This document shows positions 51,561-56,218 of a DNA stretch of 56,218 bases, one piece after another. The translations under genes and the position numbers were made by a program. The DNA comes from Okamejei kenojei (taxonomy: Eukaryota). The stretch is from positions 73,966,001 through 74,022,218 of the forward strand of contig CM069142.1 in NCBI GenBank assembly GCA_035221665.1, given 5' to 3'. The notes beneath the pieces were generated by a model. The model did not search any database. It was not told the DNA's origin and saw only the letters and a list, made by a program, of their open reading frames with translations. Numbering within the stretch: position 1 is the stretch's first letter; every line of letters begins with the position of its first letter.

Positions 51561-53690
51561 TGTAGTCTCGTTTGCGGCCACAGTAATGCCTATCTATTCC
51601 CCTTCTTACATTGAATCCTGTTACTATTTGCTTCCACTCTTCTTCCTCCCCTCCTGTGCCACAGAGCCACCCTAGTGCCATGAACCTGGCCTGCTGCTGC
51701 CTTCCCTGCTCAGCATCTCCTCAACAGTAGCCAAAAATGGTATAATCTGTTTAGAAGGGAGTGACCGCAGGGGGACTGCTGCACTACCTGCCTACTGCTA
51801 CGTGGCTAACAGCACCCGGTTCCCTTTTCTGTAGCTTACTTTTCCTGTGGTGTGTCCAACTCACTGTCTGTGCTATTCACGGAGTTTCTCAGCATCGTGG
51901 AGGCTCAGTATGAATCACCGCAGCCCCAATCGTCAATGCGCTCTGCCAGGGCTGCAGCTGGGGAACACTTCCTGGAAACGTATTGTCCCACCAGGGGATC
52001 GACCATATCCCTGATCTCCCACTTGTTGCAGGATGTGCAAACCATGGGTTGATTCTCATATTACATGGCTTGCCCCCAAATTAAATCAATCACTCACACT
52101 ATAAAAATCTTAATCCTTTAAACTAAACCTTTACTAAAAGCACAGACCTTAGCATACTGAACCTTAGCTCACTGTACCCTTAGCTTCACTGAAACCCATA
52201 ACTCACTGAACCTTAGCTCACTGACCCTTCGCTCACGGAACTCTTAGCTCATGAACCCTTAGCTCATGAACGCTTAGCTCACGGAACCCTTCGCTCTCTG
52301 AACCCATTACACTGAACCCTTAGTCACTGAAACTTAGCTGACTGAACCTTAGCTCCCTGAAACCCATAGCTCACTGAACCCATAACTATGAACCCTTAGT
52401 CACTGAACTCTTAGCATCACGGAACTCTTAGTCACTGAACCCCTTAGCTCACTGAACCCTTATCTCACTGAACCCTTGCTCACTGGAAACCCTTAGCTCA
52501 CTGTACCCTTTAGTCACTGAACATAGAGTCACTGTACTTAGCTCTACTGTCCCTTAGATACCATCTCTAAAAATGAACCCTTCGCTCACTGAAACCCTTC
52601 TTGCTCCTGTCCCCTTAGCTCACTGACCCATAAATCTCTGAACCCTTATTAACTCATGAACCCTTAGTCACTGTACTTAATCACTGTACCCTTACCCTCA
52701 CTGAACCATAACTCACTGAACTCTAAGCTCACCTGAACCCTTAAGCTCACTGAACTCTTAGCTCACTGAACCCTTAGCTCACTGAACTCTTAGCTTCACT
52801 GACCTTTGCTCACTAAAACTTAGCTCACTAAAACCCTTAGCTCACTGAATCTTCGCTTACTGAACCCTTTGCTCACTAAACCCTTAGCTCACTAAACCCT
52901 TTGCTCACTGAAACCTTAGAGCACTGAACCCTTAGCTCACTGTACCCTTAGCTCACTGTACTTAGCTCACTGGAAACATTAGCTCACTGTACCCGGGTTA
53001 GCTCATGAAACCTTAGCTCACTGAACCTTAGTCATGACCCTTCGTCACTGTACCCTTAGCTCACTTGAACCTTAGCTCACTGAACCTAGCCACTGTACCC
53101 TTAGCTCACTGAACCCTTAGTCACTGTACCCTTTAGCTCACAGAACCCTTAGCTCACTGAACCCTTAGCTCACTGTACCCTTAGCTCACTGACCCTTAGC
53201 TCACTGTTACCTTAGCTCATGTTTTTTTTTTTTTAACCCTTAGCTCACTGTACCCGTAGCTCACGGAACCCTTAGTATCACTGTACCCATAGCACCTGTA
53301 CCTTAGCTCACTGTACCTTAGCTCACTGAACCCTTAGCTCACTGTACCCTTTGCTCACTGAAACCCTTAGCTCATGAACCTTAGTCACTGACCCTTGTCA
53401 CTGTACCCTTAGCTCACTGTACCCTTAGCTACTGTACCTTAGCTCACTGACCCCTTAGCTCACTGTCCCCTTAGCTACCTGTACCCTTAGCTCACTGAAC
53501 CTTAGCTCACTGTACCCTTAGGAAAAAACTCATCTACCTTTAATGCAAACCACGGGTTGCACCCCATCAGCTGCTTCCTCCAGTCTGCTTCCACCAATCG
53601 GCAGCTTTCGCAGATCACCTGTATGGAACGTTACAGGTTGGGGTAATGGTAACCCTCTCTTGCTTCCACCGGTCCTGGGCCTCTCTTGTC
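51561..53690 (-). mobile_element. CR1 5' end in opposite orientation with expanded UTR repeat
   Basis: Reverse-complement homology to 51020-51560 on both sides of the array. Confidence 0.7.
52147..53521. repeat. Tandem array of 16-bp unit CCCTTAGCTCACTG(A/T)A, roughly 85 copies
   Basis: Direct inspection; head-to-tail units without spacers. Confidence 0.95.
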
Positions 53691-54264
53691 ATTGATTTTT
53701 AACCTTGATAACTTTTGTAATATTCCACCGATCGGACAAACTTGGTGCGCTTGACAGCACATGGAACGGCGAATAATGTGATGAAAATCGTAGTTCTATC
53801 GCGTAGCGTTTTTGCGCCAAATGTAAATGCAATGTAAACTTGAAGAGGCCAGATGTGAGAGTTTAGTAAAAGTATAGATGGTATAGTAGTAGATAGATGT
53901 AGACAGTGTATATATTGATATATAAGAATGCTAATATTGTGAATAAAATATTCCATGAACAACATGTCAACGATGTAGTGCCATACATAGTTACATATTT
54001 TAAATTCAACCAATAAGTTTGTCAAATAACCATGGGGCCATCTTGGCTTTTTTTGATACATTGAATTTTAAAAAATGTGAAATGTCTCATAATAGGTATT
54101 TTTACCAAAACTTACCTTCAGCAGCGTGCAGTTCGTCAGTCTGTGTGTGTGACTTTGGTGCCCTTTGGGGAGGGGGGGCGGGTTAAAATGTTGTTTTCCC
54201 TGCCTTCCGGAAATTATATTTTCTCGGAGGGGAGCTTTTGCTAAAGATTCTTTCCGACTGCCGA

Positions 54265-54662
54265 GTAGGTACAGAGGGCCTAGTTCGACCACTGGGTATT
54301 GAGTGCAGTTTAGGTCCCTAATTTGAGGAGGGACATTCTTGCTATTGAGGAGTGAGGCGTACGGCGGACTGGCATATGCTGAGAGATGGAGCAGCTGGGC
54401 TTCTACCACTCTGTAGTTTAGAGGGTGAGCGGTAATTCATGGAAAAGATTGTTAAGGGTTTGGATCGCTAGAGGCAGGAACATGTCCAGATTGTTGGGGA
54501 GTCCAGAACCAGGGGCAACAGTTTAAGAATAAGGGTAAGCCATTTAGAACGGATATGAGGAAACACTTTTACTCACTGAGGTAGAGTGGTGAGTCTGTGG
54601 AATTCTCTGCTCAGGAGGGCGGTGGAGGCAGGTTCTATGGATGCTTTCAACGAGAGAGCTAG
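54265..54662 (+). mobile_element. CR1 ORF2 3' fragment
   Basis: Homologous to 3765-4180. Confidence 0.75.
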
Positions 54663-54679
54663 AGAATCCACGTCTATAG

Positions 54680-55493
54680 TCCTACAGACTGATGTTAGTG
54701 CTCTAGGTTGGGTGTACTGATTATAGTCTTCCAGTTTGGAGGCAGATGGGAAATAATGATGAGACATCCCTTCTTTTTGCTATTGCAAGGGTATCAATTA
54801 TTAGAGCTTTTGTGAACCTTTTAGGGGCTTAAGATTATTGCCCTGCCAAGAGTCACTTGCATGTGCGTTCAAATGGACAAAACTACAGCAGTGGCATCTG
54901 TTAATACCTTGGGTGTAGTATCACGTATATCTTGTTGACAGTTTGGCTAATCATATCTGTAGTGGTTGCCATTGACAAAAAATCTGGCATCAGCATCTAC
55001 TTAGATTAACATTAGTGGCAGACACAGGTCACGCCAATTCAATGACAACATAGAATGGATGTTGAATCTGAAAATATTTAATGATGTTGTTGCTCGATAT
55101 GGAATGCCAGATTATGGATTTGTTTGCTCTAGAATTAAAACCATCAGTTGCCTAAATAGTTATAGGAAACCAGATCTGGTGCAGCAGCAGTTGGATGCAT
55201 TCTCGCCGCATTGGTGGCGGAATGTTTTTATATGCAAGGCGATGGTGTGTTACGGATGCGGGACTTCTGTTGACCTTCATCTCCCAACCTCATAAATGTC
55301 ATATGGTGGTTCTAGTCTTCTGTTATCTTACTATATACTTCCAGGGACGAGTACCTGTGATTTACGCCACTGCTTTGAGGATGACGCACGCGCGGCTGGA
55401 TGGGGTTCTTCTTCACGTAGTCCCTCATCGTAACCCTCAAAAATAAAGCTGAAACTTTCAAACTGTTAAATTCTCGTTTAATCTTGCTATTTT
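54680..55493 (+). mobile_element. Internally deleted DIRS fragment with 3' terminus
   Basis: EWMLNLKIFNDVVARYGMPD...DAFS RNase H/methyltransferase remnant; 55415-55493 is the reverse complement of 27235-27313; ITR-like segment shared with 1478-1512. Confidence 0.75.
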
Positions 55494-56218
55494 CATCCCA
55501 ATTCTGCACTGGTTTCAGGGCTTCTGCAAACTTTGGCATCTGGGCAATAAGTGCATATATTACGGTATGGGAAAGGAAAACGCGTTTACAGAGGAATTAA
55601 TGACCCATTTTTCAGTTAAAGAGAACAATTATATGTAATTTGTAGACAGCGCTCCCAATGTGGAATCGAATTCGTAAAACAGGTTCGCTCAATTTGAGGT
55701 CTACACTCCCGTGTTGTGATCCCATGCACTGAGGGGCCCATCAGTTTGTGGTCAACACTGCCCGTGTGGCGGTCCCTGCCCTTCAGGCCTATCTAGATAT
55801 GTGACAAAATCCTAGTTTTATCGGATTGTCAGGCAACATGTTTGGAGACCATGGATTTGGTCATGAATGCCCCAATTGGTTCAAAATTCTCCATTTGGTT
55901 CATAAATAATTCCCAGGTGTTAAACCTATAGTGAAAACCCATAATATATAGTGGAATATGCATTTGCAAATTCAACAAGCCCATCAAATAGGATAATTAA
56001 ACTATCTTTCCATTGTAAAAACCTACATTTAAAACCTCAATGATGGTAACTTTTTTTTAAATGGACAAAGATGGCTTCACGCTGGGTATCTTTACTGGAA
56101 AGATAATTCTCTCATTTTAGGAGTACACAAATTATGGACATCTCAACTGACATTTAGATACCTAAACTTAGAGGGACTTGCTAAATCAAATACAGGATAT
56201 AGAATAGAAGACAGAAAT

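Noticed and set aside
52147-53521. CRISPR-like array
   Set aside because: Head-to-tail 16-bp units with no unique spacers, no cas genes, vertebrate context.
255-55539. Most short ORFs in the track as host genes
   Set aside because: They are antisense or off-frame shadows of retroelement ORFs, or random ORFs in intronic DNA.
55494-56218. Possible L1/Tx1 ORF2 remnant
   Set aside because: Only a weak WLHAG-like motif across frameshifts; not enough to call.

Overview
Eukaryotic genomic DNA from a cartilaginous fish, most likely a skate (inferred from the IgX/IgW-like exons and the repeat families). The backbone is one immunoglobulin heavy-chain cluster of IgW (skate IgX) type on the + strand: promoter, leader exon (10767-10812), V exon already fused to J (10979-11425), CH1 (24002-24289), CH2 (26694-27011), CH3 (34868-35169), TM1 (43021-43139), TM2 'VK-stop' (46481-46489) and probable untranslated 3' exons. 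It is a pseudogene. The V-J junction reads ...TAVYY-WGGGT..., so the second Cys, CDR3, D segments and RSSs are absent. FR3 carries a Penelope-derived insert with a minimal hammerhead ribozyme motif, and no CH4+ or secretory exon is recognisable. Introns and flanks are filled with nested retroelements: CR1, a full-length L1 with TSD inside a Penelope element, a complete DIRS element inside another Penelope, a Gypsy LTR element, Rex/Babar-type LINE pieces, a V-SINE remnant and a 16-bp satellite grown from a CR1 5' end. Single-base indels become dense in the right half, so many frameshifts there may be assembly errors. All calls come from reading the sequence; no database searches were run.
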